A DNA stretch of 64,000 bases from Flavobacteriales bacterium UBA6772 (GTDB taxonomy: Bacteria > Bacteroidota > Bacteroidia > Flavobacteriales > Flavobacteriaceae), in the NCBI GenBank assembly GCA_905181765.1, contig CAJIYW010000005.1:183837-247836 (forward strand). Reading direction: 5' to 3'. A program made the position numbers and the translations under genes. Within the stretch, counting starts at the first letter, position 1; the number at the start of each line of letters is the position of its first letter. Below the pieces are notes generated by a model. It worked only from the letters and a program-made list of their open reading frames with translations. It was not told where the DNA came from and ran no database searches. Below are positions 20,829 to 32,920 of the stretch, one piece after another.

Positions 20829-22167
20829 ATGTTTAAAAAAATATTAATTGCTAATAGGGGCGAAATAGCATTACGTGTTATTAGAACCTGTAGAGAAATG
20901 GGTATTAAAACGGTAGCTGTATATTCTACAGCAGATGCAGAAAGTTTGCATGTTCGTTTTGCAGACGAAGCTGTTTGTATTGGTCCTCCACAAAGTTCTG
21001 AATCTTATTTAAAAATGTCTAATATAATTTCTGCTGCAGAAATTACAAATGCAGATGCAATTCATCCTGGATATGGTTTTTTATCGGAAAACGCTAAATT
21101 TTCTAAATTGTGTGAAGAGCATAGTATTAAGTTTATTGGCGCTACTGGTGAAATGATAGACCAAATGGGAGATAAAGCAAATGCTAAAGCTACTATGAAA
21201 GCTGCTGGTGTTCCTTGTGTTCCTGGAAGTGAAGGAGTCATTATAGATTTTGCAGATTGTATAAAAGTGGCAATAGAAACAGGATACCCTGTAATGTTAA
21301 AAGCTTCTGCTGGTGGTGGTGGTAAAGGTATGCGTGCTGTTTGGAAACCAGAAGATTTAAAAGATGCTTGGGATTCTGCAAGACAAGAATCTAAAGCTGC
21401 CTTTGGCAATGATGATATGTACATGGAGAAGCTGATAGAAGAACCAAGACATATAGAAATTCAAATTGTAGGAGATGCTTTTGGTAAAGCATGTCACTTA
21501 TCTGAAAGAGATTGCTCTGTTCAAAGACGTCATCAAAAGTTAACAGAGGAAACACCTTCTCCTTTCATGACTGATGAATTGAGAGATAAGATGGGTAATG
21601 CTGCTGTTTTAGCTGCCGAATTTATAAAGTATGAAGGTGCAGGAACTGTAGAGTTTTTAGTAGATAAGCATCGTAATTTCTTCTTTATGGAGATGAATAC
21701 ACGTATTCAAGTAGAACATCCCAATTACTGAAGAAGTTGTAAATTATGACTTAATTAGAGAGCAAATTTTAGTTGCAGCAGGTGTACCAATTTCAGGTAA
21801 AAACTACTACCCTAAAATGCATTCTATAGAGTGTAGAATAAACGCAGAAGATCCTTATAGTAATTTTAGACCTGCTCCAGGAAAAATTACAACTTTTCAT
21901 GCTCCAGGAGGTCATGGAATTAGAATTGATACACACGTATATGCCGGATATATGATTCCGCCAAATTATGATTCTATGATTGCTAAATTAATTACTACGG
22001 CTCAAACAAGAGAAGAAGCAATTAATAAAATGAAACGTGCTTTAGATGAATTTGTAATTGAGGGTGTTAAAACAACAATTCCTTTTCATAGACAATTAAT
22101 GGATCATCCAGATTATGTTACAGGAAATTATACAACAAAGTTTATGGAAGACTTTGTAATGCAATAA
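20829..22167 (+). CDS. accC: Acetyl-CoA carboxylase biotin carboxylase (frameshift ~21721)
   Basis: [30 protein letters not shown]; C-terminal [21 protein letters not shown]. Confidence 0.97.
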
Positions 22168-22188
22168 AATTTTAATTTTTGTTAAAAT

Positions 22189-22247
22189 ACTAAAGCCAAA
22201 AAACATACAAAATACAAATCGTATTCTGTATGTTTTTTGGCTTTAGT
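22189..22247 (+). terminator. Long hairpin after accC
   Basis: ACTAAAGCCAAAAAACATACA...TGTATGTTTTTTGGCTTTAGT. Confidence 0.7.
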
Positions 22248-22369
22248 GCCTTATGGTGGTTCTTTGTAATCTTAAATTTTATTTTTACTTATTTATTTTG
22301 CGTAAAGCAAGCATAATTTTTTTTGAAATAACAAATATTACCTCTTAAAACATTATTATTGTAAAATAA

Positions 22370-22424
22370 TTATAGAGGTTAATGATAGAGGTTAATGATA
22401 GAGCTCTATCATTAACCTCTATAA
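22370..22424. repeat. 13-bp tandem repeat fused to a perfect 38-bp palindrome upstream of the symporter
   Basis: ATAGAGGTTAATG x2, then ATAGAG|CTCTATCATTAACCTCTAT. Confidence 0.85.
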
Positions 22425-22453
22425 AATAACCAACTAACTCAAATTAATAAATC

Positions 22454-24099
22454 ATGCAAATTATTACATTTCTAGGCTTTACAATACTTGTAGCAGTCAT
22501 TGCCTATTTAAAAACAAGAAATACTGAAGAAGAATCTTCAGATGGTTATTTTCTTGGAGGAAGAAGTTTAACCGCAGGTGTAATTGCAGGTTCTTTATTA
22601 CTTACTAATTTATCTACAGAACAAATTGTAGGGCTAAATGGTGCGGCATACCAAAGTGGCTTGTCTGTAATGGTTTGGGAAACATTAGCAGCTATTGCGA
22701 TGGTGGTTACCGCAATGTTTTTATTACCAAGATATTTAAAAGGTGGTTTAACCACCGTTCCTGGGTTTTTAGCAAAACGTTTTGATGTTACTACAAAAAC
22801 ATTAACATCTGTTTTATTCCTTTCTGGTTACGTAGTGGTTTTACTACCAGTAATTTTATATTCAGGTTCTTTGGCAATTAGTGGTATGTTTGATGTGCCA
22901 AAATTACTAGGCGTTACGCACACACAATCTATTTGGATTTGTGTTTGGGGAATTGGAATTATTGGTTCTATTTATGCTGTTTTTGGAGGATTAAAAGCAG
23001 TTGCAGTGTCAGATTCTATCAATGCAATTGGATTGCTAATTGGGGGGATTCTAATTCCGATATTTGGTTTAATGATGATTGGTGATGGCAGTCTTTTAGA
23101 TGGTTTAAATATTTTAACTACAGAAAACCCAGAGAAATTTAAATCGATGGGTGGTGCAACAGATCCGGTACCATTTTATACTATTTTTACAGGAATGATG
23201 TTAGTTCAGTTATTTTATTGGGGAACGAATCAGCAAATTATTCAAAGAGCTTTAGGTGCAAAAGATTTAAAAGAAGGTCAAAAAGGATTACTATTGGCAT
23301 CATTTATAAAAATACTAGGTCCAATAATTGTTGTTTTACCAGGTTTAATAGCATTTCATTTATTTGAAGGTAATTTAGAAAGTGCAGACAGTGCGTACCC
23401 AGAATTGGTAAGAAAAGTATTGCCAGGTGCTTGGGTTGGTTTCTTTGCTGCAGTATTGTTTGGTGCTATTTTAAGTTCTTTTAATAGTGTTTTAAATAGT
23501 TCTGTAACTTTGTTTGGTATAGATGTGTATAAGCAACATATTAATAAAGATGCAGATGAAAAAACAGTAGTAAAATACGGAAAAACATTTGGAGTTATTT
23601 TAGCAATTGCAGCGATGTTTATCGCTCCATTAATTGCAAATGCAGGAAGTTTATTTGACTATTTACAAGAAATTAATGGTATTTATAGTATTCCTATTTT
23701 CTCTATTATTATTGTTGGGTATTTAACAAAACGTGTACCTGCAATCGCGGCAAAAATAGGATTGGTTTCTGGATGTTGTTATATATTATTAGTCAGTTTT
23801 TTATGCAACCCTACTTTGTAACTTCTGCGTTAGAGGCAGCTAAATCTTTAGGAGTAACCGATGTAAAGCATTAGCTCTCTAGAAGCACAAGCATATCCTC
23901 ACTTTTTAGATGTAATGGCTATTTTATTTTTTCTGAATGTGGTAATTATGTTAATTATAGGAAAGATAAAACCAAGAGAAGAAGCTTTTGTACAAGAGTA
24001 CACAAAACAAGTAGATATTACTCCTTGGAAATACACAAAGACATGCAGGTATTGCGATCTGCGTAATTGTAACTAGGTGTATATATTTATTTTGCTTAA
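22454..24099 (+). CDS. Sodium:solute symporter (SSS, YidK-like), 3' frameshifts
   Basis: GYFLGGRSL, SLLLTNLSTEQIVG, YWGTNQQIIQRALGAK. Confidence 0.9.
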
Positions 24100-24117
24100 C
24101 TCTTAATGAATCGGTTT

Positions 24118-24178
24118 TGTATTTTAAGAGGTAATTACCACTATTTATCATAGCGTAATAATTACCTCCTAAAATACA
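24118..24178. terminator. Hairpin between convergent genes
   Basis: TGTATTTTAAGAGGTAATTA...TAATTACCTCCTAAAATACA. Confidence 0.6.
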
Positions 24179-24261
24179 GAATAGGTTTTTTGAGATTGAT
24201 TTAAAAGAAATTTGTAAACAGTTAAAAAAAGAGAAGAGTTCAATTACTTAGTTTTATACCC

Positions 24262-25342
24262 CTACTCTATAGCTGCAAGCTTAGTTATCTTTTTACCTTC
24301 ATAAATAATATTTATTAAATACATTCCACTTAATCCCGAAACATCGATATCATTATCTTTTGTATTAATTGTCGTTTCTAATACTTTTCTTCCAAGCGTA
24401 TCATAGATATACACTTGAGTAGATTTGGAAATACCTTTAATATGTATCATGTTTTTTATAGGGTTGGGGTATATGTGAAAAGATGTTTCATGAGCTTTTG
24501 TAGTACTTAGAACTTCGCTATTCCAACTTACACCAATTTCTGTTCCCCAAATATGTTCTGCTAATTTGGGATAATCAATAAAGGGATTTCTATTATTTTG
24601 ATATGAATTGTAGATTATATTATTTCTGTTTTCCTCCCAAGCATCAACAGGGTCATTTCTATGCCACGTTAATAAAGTAGACAAAACTCCGTGTATTGGT
24701 TCTTTGTCAGTTTTGCGGTAACATTACTTCTGTTAAGCTCTAAATCAGGATAACTCATCTAAGCCCTCATATCTAACTGCCATATAAAAGAGCATTCTTG
24801 CTACATCTCCTTTGACCGCATCTCTAGGTTCAAAAGACCAATCATTTGCATCTTTTTTAGAGCCCGTTATATTACCCCATTTATCTGTTACATCTTCACA
24901 AGTTGTACAATTATTAAAACTACGATTATTCCTTATGCTATTTGTTGTATTGTCTAAAGGTCTTAATGCGTGCACATCTGTTCCTACTGCCAATTGTAGT
25001 TCCGAAATTTCCACGTGATTTTGCCCAAATATGTTCTCGAGTCCAACCATTTGCGCTATTATATTCTTGAGCACCGTTTACAGACACTCCTGAATAAATA
25101 AGAATTACATTATCTGAATTATTAGGATCTCTATCAGTTTCTTTTAAAATATCCCAAACATCTGTATTTGAACTTGTATAATTGAATTCTGTATGATTGT
25201 CTATAATTTGATTTAAAGCAAATTTGAGATTATCATCTGCTAAATTTTCAGCGGAAACATAATATTCTGTTGTTACTTGTCCAGAAATAATAATAGAAAA
25301 CAAGCAAAATATTGCGGTAAGATATCGGGGTATTAATATCAT
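24262..25342 (-). CDS. Secreted endonuclease I-family nuclease with T9SS type A sorting domain (frameshifts)
   Basis: WTREHIWAKSRG, TDVHALRP, EPRDAVKGDVARMLFYMAVRY, QNNRNPFIDYP, IYPNP...GMYLI CTD. Confidence 0.9.
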
Positions 25343-26623
25343 ATCAATAAATTAATTTAAAAAAGAATAAATATAGTTTATTATTTTGGCTTATTAGGTC
25401 TTTAGAGTGCCTTCTGCTCTAGATTTTATAATAAGGACTGCACCTTTTTTGTAAACTAGTAGTTTTACAAATATTTAGCTATTATATTCTGATCTATTTT
25501 AAGAGTGTTCATTTTAAAAGACCTCTTATTTAAATACTACCAGATGGAATTAGAAAGCATAAATAATCGATTATTTTTTAAAAACCTAAAAAAGAGCAAA
25601 AAAAGAACAAAAAAAGAACAAAATAATAATATACTACTTTATTCTGTCTAAATAAAGAACAAAAATATAAAACAAAAAAAATACTTTTAATACTAGTTTT
25701 TAATCCCGATGATTTTGAAAATAAACATTGCTAAAAATTGGTTTGAATTGGTTTTGGGTTATTAATTATAAATGGAAGAGGCAGCCTTAATGAAATCTTA
25801 TTTATTCGTTATCAGGGTGTTTATTTGTGTTAGGGGTAGCATACTTAAACTAGTCTCTCCATTTTTTAATTAGATGATTTTTACAGGAATCAGTTTTAAA
25901 AATCAGTCATATTAGTAGTAATTATAGGAAAGACATAATTGTTTGAAAAGCCATCGTATTTCAGAAAAGTCTTCTGTCATTTTAGACTTTTCTTAAGGAT
26001 AAAATAGTATTAGAAGTAATATATACTAATAAGTAAAACATATTTTATGTAGAATGGTTCAATAAACTATTTTATTACTCTCGATCGGTTTGAGATTCTT
26101 AAAATTGGATTTTTTTTCATACCAAAAAAAGTCAAGAATATATATTATAAATTTATAAATAAAAAGGTTTTTACAAGTTTTGGAAACTCAACTTTTAGAG
26201 TAATTTTTAATTTTCCCTAAAAATTTCCCTTTTTTTTTATTTCTATAATTACTTACAAGAATATTCTTTAAACTTAGAATTATACAGGTTTTACAAAAGA
26301 GATTATTCCCTCCAATGAAAATAGTTATGACCATTAGAACATTAAGTATGCTCTTTTGTTTTTTCAACTCCAGACCCCCCAGAGTCCTATAATTAATATG
26401 TAATAAATAATTATTTTTAATTTTAGAGTTGGACGCAACAGTGTTTCTTTAAATTTCATACTTCATTAAAAAGATGAAAGTATTTAGTATCTGATTAAAC
26501 AAAACAAACTTATTAATAATTAGATTTTTCTTAACAGAAAATCAACCTTTTTTAGTCATATTTGTAGACTACACAAAGTTACTTTGTAGTTAACTCTTTA
26601 ATAATTTTTTTAGTTTTTTAGAA

Positions 26624-27469
26624 ATGAAGATCTATCCTATAGAAACAGGAAATTTTAAGTTAGATGGCGGTGCAATGTTTGGTGTTGTGCCTAAAATAAT
26701 CTGGCAAAAAACAAATCCTGCGGATTCAAATAATTTAATTGATATGAGTATGCGTTGCATGCTTATTGAAGATGGTAAGCGTCTTATTTTAATTGACACT
26801 GGTTTAGGTTCGAAACAGTCAGATAAGTTTTTTGGGTATTACCACTTATTTGGCAATTTTAGTTTGGAAAGCTCTTTAGCAAAACACGGCTTTCACAGAG
26901 ATGATATTACAGATGTTTTTTTAACGCATCTCCATTTTGATCATTGTGGTGGAGTGATTGAGTGGAATTCACAAAAAAAGTTATTACAACCCGCTTTTAA
27001 AAACGCTAAATTTTGGTCTAATGATAACCATTGGAAATGGGCATCAGAGCCAAACCCTAGAGAAAAAGCATCTTTTTTAAAAGAAAATATCAATCCAATT
27101 AGAGAAAGTGGCCAGTTAAATTTTATTACTAATAATTCGTTAGAGCAAATAGGTTTTAATGTTTTGTTTATGGACGGTCATACAGAAAAACAAATGCTGC
27201 CAAAGTTATCTTATCAAGGTAAGACAATTGTTTTTATGGCAGATTTATTACCAACTATTGGTCACATCCCTTTACCCTATGTTATGGGTTATGACACAAG
27301 ACCTTTATTAACCATTAAAGAGAAAGCTATCTTTTTAAAAGAAGCTGCCGATAATAATTACTATTTATTTTTGGAACACGATGCTTACAATGAAATTTGT
27401 ACAGTTCAGCATACAGAAAAGGGAGTTCGCTTAAAAGAAACACATAAATTTACAGATATATTTAATTAA
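26624..27469 (+). CDS. MBL-fold metallo-hydrolase
   Basis: LDGGAMFGVVPK, THLHFDHCGG. Confidence 0.93.
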   Translation: MKIYPIETGNFKLDGGAMFGVVPKIIWQKTNPADSNNLIDMSMRCMLIEDGKRLILIDTGLGSKQSDKFFGYYHLFGNFSLESSLAKHGFHRDDITDVFLTHLHFDHCGGVIEWNSQKKLLQPAFKNAKFWSNDNHWKWASEPNPREKASFLKENINPIRESGQLNFITNNSLEQIGFNVLFMDGHTEKQMLPKLSYQGKTIVFMADLLPTIGHIPLPYVMGYDTRPLLTIKEKAIFLKEAADNNYYLFLEHDAYNEICTVQHTEKGVRLKETHKFTDIFN

Positions 27470-27481
27470 TAGAGAATAGAA

Positions 27482-29193
27482 ATGAACGTATTAAAATCAA
27501 GTATTTATGCAGCATTGGCTGTATTGTTATTCGCTAGTTGTAAAGCATCAATAAGTACAATTCCAGTTCCTAGTGGTGTAGATGTTGTATTTAATATGCC
27601 AGCTAAAAAAGGAGTATTATCAGAGACAGAGATGCACGTTTGGAGTCATATGGATTTGCAAACAGATTCAATTCCAGGAATGAGTATAGTGAAAGCATAT
27701 GCGTTTTTAGAGGGAAAACAAGGAGCTGCTGTTATTGTTGCAATTGCAGATTCTGGTATAGATGTGGACCATGAAGATTTAAGGGATGTTGTTTGGATAA
27801 ATCCAAAAGAAATTGCGAACAACAATAAAGATGACGATAATAATGGATATATAGATGATATGCATGGGTGGAATTTCTTAGGGAATAAAGCAGGTAAAAT
27901 TGTAAATGCAGACCAGTTAGAGATTACAAGAATTGTAAAAAGCGGAATGGTTAAATTTGGCGATAAAAAAGCTTCAGAAATATCGGAAGAAAATAAAAAA
28001 GAATTTGAAACTTATTTAGATTTACAAGAAAAGTTTAAAACTAGAAATACGGAGAAGAAAGCTGAAATTGCAAATTTAAAAAACACTCAAAAAAGAATCT
28101 CACAAATTGAAAATAATTTTAAAGAGGTAAAGGAATTTGCAGGAACAGATATCTTAACATCAGAATTTTTAAAGAGTTTAAAACCTTCTAGTGCTCAAAT
28201 GGCAGCGAAAATTTCAGATGTTATCGGCATGCTAGAAAGAGGAATGACAGAAGGAGCTTTATTAGATGCTAAAAAAGGACTTACAGAATATTTAGATTCT
28301 CAAATTAAAGGTAAAAGTTATGATTTAGATTTTAACGCGCGTCAGACTTTAGGAGACAACTTATATGATATCAATGATAAATTTTACGGTAATAATAACG
28401 TAATTGGCTCTAAAGATTTAGAAAGTCATGGTACACATGTTGCGGGCATTGTAGCGGCTTCTAGAAACAATAAAAAAGGGGTTAATGGTGTTGCAAATAA
28501 TGTTAAAATAATGGCAGTTAGAGTAGTTCCAGATGGAGACGAACATGATAAAGATGTTGCTTTAGGAATACGTTATGCGGTAGATAATGGTGCGAAAATT
28601 ATAAATACAAGTTTTGGTAAAGGCTATTCTCCAAACAAAAAATGGGTATATGACGCTATTAAGTATGCGGCAAAAAAAGATGTTTTAATTGTGAATGCAG
28701 CAGGAAACGATGGTAAAGATATTGATATAACAAAAACATATCCTAACGATTCTGAGGATTTAGTAAATGAAATATCAGACAATGTCTTAACTATTGGCGC
28801 GATGAGTTTACATTATGATGAAAAGTTACCAGCTAATTTTTCTAATTTCGGTAAAACGAATGTAGATGTATTTGCACCAGGAGTAGATATTTATGCAACA
28901 ATGCCAAAAGATAAATATACACCAAATAGTGGAACTTCAATGGCAGCACCCTCAACAGCAGGAGTTGCAGCTTTGGTGCGCTCTTATTATCCTAAATTAT
29001 CTGCAAGTCAGGTAAAACATATTCTAATGAATTCTGGAATAAAAATTAACTTTGAAGTAATTAAACCAGGTTCTCAAAGTAGAGCGAACCCTAACGGAGA
29101 GAAAGTCCATTTTCAGACTTATGTGTTTCAGGAAGAGTTGTAAACGCATACAATGCGTTAAAAATGGCAGACAGAATTGTAAACGGACTTTAA
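27482..29193 (+). CDS. S8 subtilisin-family serine peptidase, lipoprotein (frameshift near 3' end)
   Basis: IADSGID, HGTHVAG, GTSMAAP triad; LFASC lipobox. Confidence 0.95.
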
Positions 29194-29260
29194 TAATTCA
29201 GAGAAAATAACGATTATTTCATTGTTGTTTTTTACTTTTATATTTAAATTAACTTATCAC

Positions 29261-31102
29261 ATGAAAAAAATTATATTTTTATTATTTACAACTGTACTCT
29301 TAACTTCTTGCTTTCAAATAAAAGAAGTTACTTTCCAACAAAATAATGAAGTAAATTCTTCTGCATATTGGCAACAGCATATAGAGTACACTATGAACAT
29401 TGATGTAGATGCAGAAAATCATCAATATAAAGGAACACAGCAGGTAATTTACACGAATAATTCGCCAGATGATTTAACTAAGGTATATTATCATTTATAC
29501 TTTAATGCTTTTCAACCTGGTTCTCAAATGGATGTTCGTTCTTTAAATATTAAAGATCCAGACAGCAGAGTTAGAGATAGAATTAGTAAACTAAATGCTG
29601 ATGAAATTGGGTATATAAAAGTAAAATCATTAAAACAAAATGGCAGCGCTGTTTCTTTTGAAACTGTAGGTACAGTTTTAGAAGTTACTTTAAATACACC
29701 TATAAAATCTGGTAAAAGTGTAACCTTAGATATGATTTTTGATGCACAGATACCTTTACAAGTTAGAAGAACAGGTAGAGATAATAAAGAAGGAGTTGCT
29801 TTGTCTATGTCACAGTGGTATCCTAAAATGGCAGAATATGATTTTGAAGGTTGGCATACATCACCTTATATCGCAAGAGAGTTTCACGCGGTTTGGGGTG
29901 ATTTTGATGTAAAAATTTCAATTGATAAAGAATATACGATTGGCGGAACAGGATATTTACAAAATCCACAAGAAATAGGGCACGGTTATGAAGATGCTGC
30001 TATGTCTTTAAATGTTCCTAATACAGAAAAATTAACTTGGCATTTTAAAGCACCAAATGTGCACGATTTTATGTGGGCTGCAGATCCTGCTTATACACAT
30101 GATGTTTTAAAAATGGAAAATGGAGTTGATTTGCACTTTTTGTATAAGAATAATTTGGAAGCAAATTTTTTACAAAACTGGAAAGATTTACAACCCAAAA
30201 CAGCTGAGCTAATGAAGTATTTTAGTAAACATATTGGTAATTACCCTTATAAACAATATTCTGTAATACAAGGAGGAGACGGTGGAATGGAGTATGCAAT
30301 GTCTACATTAATTACTGGGGAAAGAAAATTTGGAAGCCTTTTTGGTGTTACTGCGCATGAAATGGGACATACTTGGTTTCAGTTTTTATTAGCCTCTAAT
30401 GAGAGTAAGCATCCTTGGATGGATGAGGGATTTACTTCTTATATTTCTAACAAGGCATCTTATGAAATTTTAGAAAGAGGAGATAAGAATCCGAATGCAG
30501 GACCCTATAGAGGTTATAATTTTATGGTAAATTCTGGTTCGGAAGAAGTACTAACCACTCACGCAGACAGATTTAATACAAACAGAGCGTATAGTTTTGC
30601 TAGTTATGGCAAAGGAAGTATGTTTTTAGCCCAATTAGAATATATTATTGGTGCAGAGAATACTGCAACTGGTATAAAAAAATACTTCACAGATTTTAGT
30701 TTTAAGCATCCAACACCTAATGATGTTAAACGCTCTATGGAAAAAGTTTCTGGAATTCAATTAGATTGGTATTTGAACGAATGGACGCAAACGTTGCATA
30801 CCATCGATTACGGAATTAAGTCTGTAGACGGAAAAAGTATTACTTTAGAAAGAATTGGACAAATGCCAATGCCAATAGATTTAAGTATTGTTTATACTGA
30901 CGGATCGACTGAGGACTTCAATATACCTTTAAGAATGATGAGAGGTAATAAACCTACCGAAGCTACTATTTTAGAAGATTGGGCTTGGGCAAATCCTGTT
31001 TATTCATTTGTTGCATCTAAAACTGTAAAATCTGTTACCATAGATAAAAGTAAATTAATGGCAGATATTAATGCTGATAATAATATTTTTGAAGTAGAAT
31101 AA
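29261..31102 (+). CDS. M1-family aminopeptidase
   Basis: GGMEY, HEMGH...WMDEG. Confidence 0.93.
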   Translation: MKKIIFLLFTTVLLTSCFQIKEVTFQQNNEVNSSAYWQQHIEYTMNIDVDAENHQYKGTQQVIYTNNSPDDLTKVYYHLYFNAFQPGSQMDVRSLNIKDPDSRVRDRISKLNADEIGYIKVKSLKQNGSAVSFETVGTVLEVTLNTPIKSGKSVTLDMIFDAQIPLQVRRTGRDNKEGVALSMSQWYPKMAEYDFEGWHTSPYIAREFHAVWGDFDVKISIDKEYTIGGTGYLQNPQEIGHGYEDAAMSLNVPNTEKLTWHFKAPNVHDFMWAADPAYTHDVLKMENGVDLHFLYKNNLEANFLQNWKDLQPKTAELMKYFSKHIGNYPYKQYSVIQGGDGGMEYAMSTLITGERKFGSLFGVTAHEMGHTWFQFLLASNESKHPWMDEGFTSYISNKASYEILERGDKNPNAGPYRGYNFMVNSGSEEVLTTHADRFNTNRAYSFASYGKGSMFLAQLEYIIGAENTATGIKKYFTDFSFKHPTPNDVKRSMEKVSGIQLDWYLNEWTQTLHTIDYGIKSVDGKSITLERIGQMPMPIDLSIVYTDGSTEDFNIPLRMMRGNKPTEATILEDWAWANPVYSFVASKTVKSVTIDKSKLMADINADNNIFEVE

Positions 31103-31121
31103 ATATTTAAAAACATTTTAT

Positions 31122-31157
31122 AAAAGACCTTATTTGTTCTAATAAATAAGGTCTTTT
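31122..31157. terminator. Bidirectional terminator
   Basis: AAAAGACCTTATTT...AAATAAGGTCTTTT between convergent genes. Confidence 0.75.
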
Positions 31158-31177
31158 AATTTTTACTTAGCTATATT

Positions 31178-31843
31178 TTATTGAATTAATTCTTCTATTC
31201 TCTCATTTGGTATAAACCCTTTCAGCATTAAAAAAACACCACAGATAATTAAAATAACGCCCATAATTTTCTTAATTCTAAAAATTACTGGAGGTGTCAT
31301 TTTATTTTTCAATTGTTTTGCTAAAAATATTTTACCAAGATCTGTTATAAAATAACCTAATAAAATGGTTCCGAAATACAAAAAAATAGCATTTTGATCC
31401 ATTTTTAAAGTAGGACCAATAACTAGAACAGTTCCTAGCCAGAAAGCTAAAACGCCAACATTTATAAAGTTTAAAAAGAAGCCTTTAAATAAGAGTTTTA
31501 AATAGTTATTTTTAATAGGCACTTTTAATAGTTTGGCAGATTCTAGTGCTTCTTTTTTATTTTCTTTCTCTAAATAAGTAATTAATCCATAAATAATTAA
31601 GACTAAACCTCCTAAAAAAAATAATCTTGGATCATCTTTTATCTTTTCTAATAAAGACCTGCTGCCATAATAAGCAATTAAAATAAAACACAAATCACTT
31701 AATACTACTCCTAAATCAAATGTTATTGCTGCTCTTGCTCCTTTTGTAATGCTAGTTTGTATAAGCATAAAAAAAACAGGCCCAATCATGAAAGCCATGA
31801 AGAACCCAATTAAAAAGGCATTTTTAAAGTCGTAAATATCCAT
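31178..31843 (-). CDS. LysE-family translocator
   Basis: IGPVFFMLIQTS, FLNFINVGVLAFW; six hydrophobic segments. Confidence 0.85.
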   Translation of the reverse strand: MDIYDFKNAFLIGFFMAFMIGPVFFMLIQTSITKGARAAITFDLGVVLSDLCFILIAYYGSRSLLEKIKDDPRLFFLGGLVLIIYGLITYLEKENKKEALESAKLLKVPIKNNYLKLLFKGFFLNFINVGVLAFWLGTVLVIGPTLKMDQNAIFLYFGTILLGYFITDLGKIFLAKQLKNKMTPPVIFRIKKIMGVILIICGVFLMLKGFIPNERIEELIQ

Positions 31844-31863
31844 ATTAACAAAAATACGGAATT

Positions 31864-32912
31864 TTAAACATCATCAAAATCAATTGTAACTTTAGGTGTT
31901 GTAGGATGCGCCTGACAAGTTAGAATAAGACCTTCTTCGATTTCATCATCTGTTAAAATAGAATTCTTAACCATTATCGCCTTTCCTTCGGTAACTTTTG
32001 CCAAACAAGAGCTACAAACACCACCTTGACAAGAATACGGTGCGTCTATATTGTTGCGCAGGTTTGCTGCTAGAATGTCATCTGTTTGAGACATTGTAAA
32101 TGTAGATTTTTCATCATCTAAAATCACAGTAATTTCAGTTTCACCTTCTTTTACTTGAGCTGATCTTACCTTCATCAACAGCAACTATAAATAATTCGAA
32201 ATGAATATTTTCTTTAGCAATGTTATTTTTTTCTAAAGTTTTAGAAACGTCTTTGATCATTTCTTCTGGTCCACATAAATAAGCAGCATCAAAAGAAGTT
32301 TCTTTGTACATGTTTTTTACAAAGTAGTTGGTTACGTTGCCATCTATTCTGCCACGTAAATTATTTTTTACATTTTCTCTACTAAATATATAGTGTAACT
32401 TTAATCTATCTATATATGTTTCTTTTAGTTGATTTAATTCTTTATAAAAAATAGTATCTGCTGCAGATTTGTTTCCGTAAATTAAAGTAAAAGTTGCGGT
32501 AGGTTCTTTTATTAAAACCGATTTTAACATCGATAATATTGGAGTAATTCCAGATCCAGCTGCAAAACCAATATAGTTTTTATGTACTTCAGGATTTAAT
32601 AAAAAACGACCTTCAGGAGCTGTAATTTCTATTGCATCTCCCACTTTAAGGTCAGAAGTTGCATAGGTAGAGAAAACACCTTTTTCTACTTTTTTAATAG
32701 CTACTCTAATTTCGCCACTTGCTGGAGTAGAGCAAATAGAGTATGCTCTTCTTATTGTTTCTCCATTAATTTCTTTTTGAAGCGTTACGTATTGCCCTGC
32801 TGTAAAATTAAAATCAGCTTTTAAATCTTTCAGGTATGCTAAATACTACAGAAACCGCGTCTGCGGTTTCTTGTTTTATTTCTTGTATGTATACTTTGTG
32901 AAATTCTGCCAT
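31864..32912 (-). CDS. FAD/NAD-binding oxidoreductase with C-terminal 2Fe-2S domain (PaaE-like), frameshifted
   Basis: MAEFHKV..., RRAYSICS, AAGSGITP, CGP, CQGGVCSSC...LTCQ. Confidence 0.9.
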
Positions 32913-32920
32913 AAATGTAA

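Noticed and set aside
17246-22167. Frameshifts in pdxA and accC (also the polyprenyl synthetase, S41 peptidase and TonB receptor) as pseudogenes or programmed frameshifts
   Set aside because: They hit essential genes and are spread across the window, consistent with sequencing/assembly indels
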